Origin: Dehalococcoidia bacterium
Lineage (GTDB): Bacteria; Chloroflexota; Dehalococcoidia; Lucifugimonadales; CAJWER01
NCBI GenBank assembly: GCA_965222445.1
Contig: CBDCTY010000002.1
Location: 365,279-429,278, forward strand
Direction: 5' to 3'
Length of the DNA stretch: 64,000 bases
This document shows positions 62,456 through 64,000 of this stretch, in pieces; positions within the stretch are counted from its first letter, which is position 1; the number at the start of each line of letters is the position of its first letter. The translations under genes and the position numbers were made by a program. Under the pieces are notes generated by a model that worked only from the letters and a program-made list of their open reading frames with translations, made no database searches and was not told the DNA's origin.

Positions 62456-63970
62456 TTGATTAGCGGGGTCGGTGTCATGGTATCACTCACATGGGTGTTG
62501 TGGGAGACTCGGTAAGTTCTTATACTCTATCTATGTGCAAGACGGATTCTGAGCACGCCGAACTGATGGCCCTGGTCGAGGGGCAGCAGAAGCGGATTGC
62601 CGAGTTGACGGCAGCCAACGAAGAGTTGCACAGCCAACTTGCCGGGTCCGAACGGAGAGGAAAGCGTCAGGCGGCGCCGTTCTCGAAGGGCGGACGCAGC
62701 AGCAAGCCCAAGCGTCCTGGCCGCAAGCCGGGTATGGGGATGTTCAGCTACCGCAAGCCGCCGTCCGCCGATGAGATCACCGAGCCGGTTGTAGATGTGC
62801 CAGTGTCGGGGGACACCTGCCCTGGATGTGGAGGCGTCCTCGAACATGAGGGAGTGCGGCTTGCCTACGTGACCGACCTTCTGCCGGTTCCACGTCCGCA
62901 GGTGAGAGCGTACCGGGTGCGGGTATGCCGGTGTCGGTCGTGCGGCAAGCAGGTGCGAGGGCGGCATCCCGACATAGCGCCGGACCAGTACGGGGCCAGC
63001 GCCCACCGAGTGGGGAAGCGGCTGATGGCGGCGGCCCACGTGCTCCACTATGGGGTGGGCGTTCCGGTACGGAAGGTTCCTGCCGTTCTCAGAGCGCTGA
63101 CCGGGGTGAGAGTGAGTCAGGGAGCGATCAGCCAGGACGCGCTGCGTCGTGCTGCTGGTGCGGTGGGTGATGCCTACCGCAGGCTGCGGACATCGGTGCG
63201 CGCCAGTCCGTTCGTCCACACCGACGACACGGGCTGGCGTGTGGGAGGCGAGCGTGCGTTTCTGATGGCGTTCGAGACGGAAGAGGCTGCGGTGTATCAA
63301 GTCCGTGCTCGTCACCGGAACGAAGAGGTGCGGGAGGTTGTCCCCTCGGACTATGGAGGGGTGATGGTGACTGATCGAGGACGGAGCTACGACGCCCAGG
63401 CGCTGTCCGGGGTCAAGCAGCAGAAGTGTCTGGCGCACGTACTGCGCTCGGTCAGCGAGGTGGTCCAGACCAAGACAGGGAGGGGACGCAGCTTCGGCAA
63501 GAGTCTGAGTGCGCTTTTGCGAGAAGCCATGGACCTGTGGAGGGCATATCACCGAGGAGAGGCTGAGGACTTTGAAGTGCAGGCCGAACGGTTGAAGCAA
63601 CAGCTGAGCTATCATCTCCGCGACCGTCCTATGACGGATGCGGACAGCTACAGGTTGCAGAACGAACTTGGCTGGCACGACGATCGTGGCAACCTGCTGC
63701 GATTTCTGGACGATCCGAACATTGAGCCGACCAACAACCGTGCTGAGCGAGCGCTCCGCCCGGCAGTGATCGCGCGGAAGGTATCGCACTGCTCGAAGAG
63801 CGTGGAGGGGGCCGATGCGTTCTCGGCGTTCACCAGCGTAATCAGGACGTTGGAACGCAATGGAGGCGACCAGCCTGTGGTGGATCGGCTCTGCGCTGTT
63901 TTCAGCGGCCCTCCCGTTCACTCCCCTTCAGTCTGAACGTCTCTCTCCCTGCCAGCCGCTAATCAATTAC
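62452..63970 (+). mobile_element. intact IS66-family insertion sequence (single-ORF, ISBst12-like organisation)
   Basis: IRL GTAATTGATTAGCGG at 62452 and IRR CCGCTAATCAATTAC ending at 63970. 1519 bp with one uninterrupted transposase ORF. Confidence 0.9.
62491..63936 (+). CDS. IS66-family transposase
   Basis: Leucine-zipper-like N-terminus (LMALVEGQQKRIAELTAANEEL), zinc finger CPGCGG..CRCRSCG, and DDE region HTDDTGWRV..MVTDRGRSYD..NNRAERALR. The true start may be the ATG at 62533 (MCKTD), which is conserved in the fragment at 39034. Confidence 0.9.
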   Translation: MGVVGDSVSSYTLSMCKTDSEHAELMALVEGQQKRIAELTAANEELHSQLAGSERRGKRQAAPFSKGGRSSKPKRPGRKPGMGMFSYRKPPSADEITEPVVDVPVSGDTCPGCGGVLEHEGVRLAYVTDLLPVPRPQVRAYRVRVCRCRSCGKQVRGRHPDIAPDQYGASAHRVGKRLMAAAHVLHYGVGVPVRKVPAVLRALTGVRVSQGAISQDALRRAAGAVGDAYRRLRTSVRASPFVHTDDTGWRVGGERAFLMAFETEEAAVYQVRARHRNEEVREVVPSDYGGVMVTDRGRSYDAQALSGVKQQKCLAHVLRSVSEVVQTKTGRGRSFGKSLSALLREAMDLWRAYHRGEAEDFEVQAERLKQQLSYHLRDRPMTDADSYRLQNELGWHDDRGNLLRFLDDPNIEPTNNRAERALRPAVIARKVSHCSKSVEGADAFSAFTSVIRTLERNGGDQPVVDRLCAVFSGPPVHSPSV

Positions 63971-64000
63971 GATCGTGGCAACCTGCTGCGATTTCTGGAC
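63971..64000 (+). mobile_element. start of another 5'-truncated IS copy abutting the IRR
   Basis: GATCGTGGCAACCTGCTGCGATTTCTGGAC is identical to 63682-63711 inside the transposase gene. The window ends here. Confidence 0.7.

Noticed and set aside
1-64000. tRNA, rRNA or other structured RNA genes in intergenic gaps (for example 44890-45206, 45792-46069 and 59700-60060).
   Set aside because: I saw no cloverleaf-compatible arms with GTTCRANYC-type T-loops and no rRNA-like conserved blocks by eye. This is not an exhaustive search; tRNAscan-SE or Infernal should be run.

Overview
GC-rich bacterial chromosomal segment. The gene content and the abundant intergenic mini-repeats (GGATTCCCGC..GCGGGAATGAC and GCTCAGGGC types) are reminiscent of Chloroflexota-like genomes, but that taxonomy is inference only. 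Positions 1-38,300 are mostly housekeeping or metabolic genes: pxpA/B/C, purQ-purL, gltX, rluD, lspA, dehydrogenases, hydrolases and transporters. Small accessory islets interrupt them: an MNT/HepT toxin-antitoxin pair (9.96-10.63 kb), an AT-richer ATPase+PIN islet (15.1-17.9 kb), a tandemly duplicated MBL hydrolase, and hicB/NYN duplication debris. Positions 38,300-64,000 are accessory. They hold four copies or fragments of one single-ORF IS66-family element, AT-richer cargo genes, a degenerate-epimerase::LuxR fusion and an argS 3' fragment. They also hold a type III-like R-M locus (res-vapC-mod) followed by a tightly packed PHP-ATPase / AlbA_2-HATPase / RelE-fold-UvrD helicase cassette. The window ends with a decayed mobile-element remnant carrying a Zot-like P-loop gene. 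I recognised no rRNA, tRNA or CRISPR array. Several accessory genes carry single-base frameshifts or in-frame stops. All family calls come from motif recognition by eye; no database search was run.
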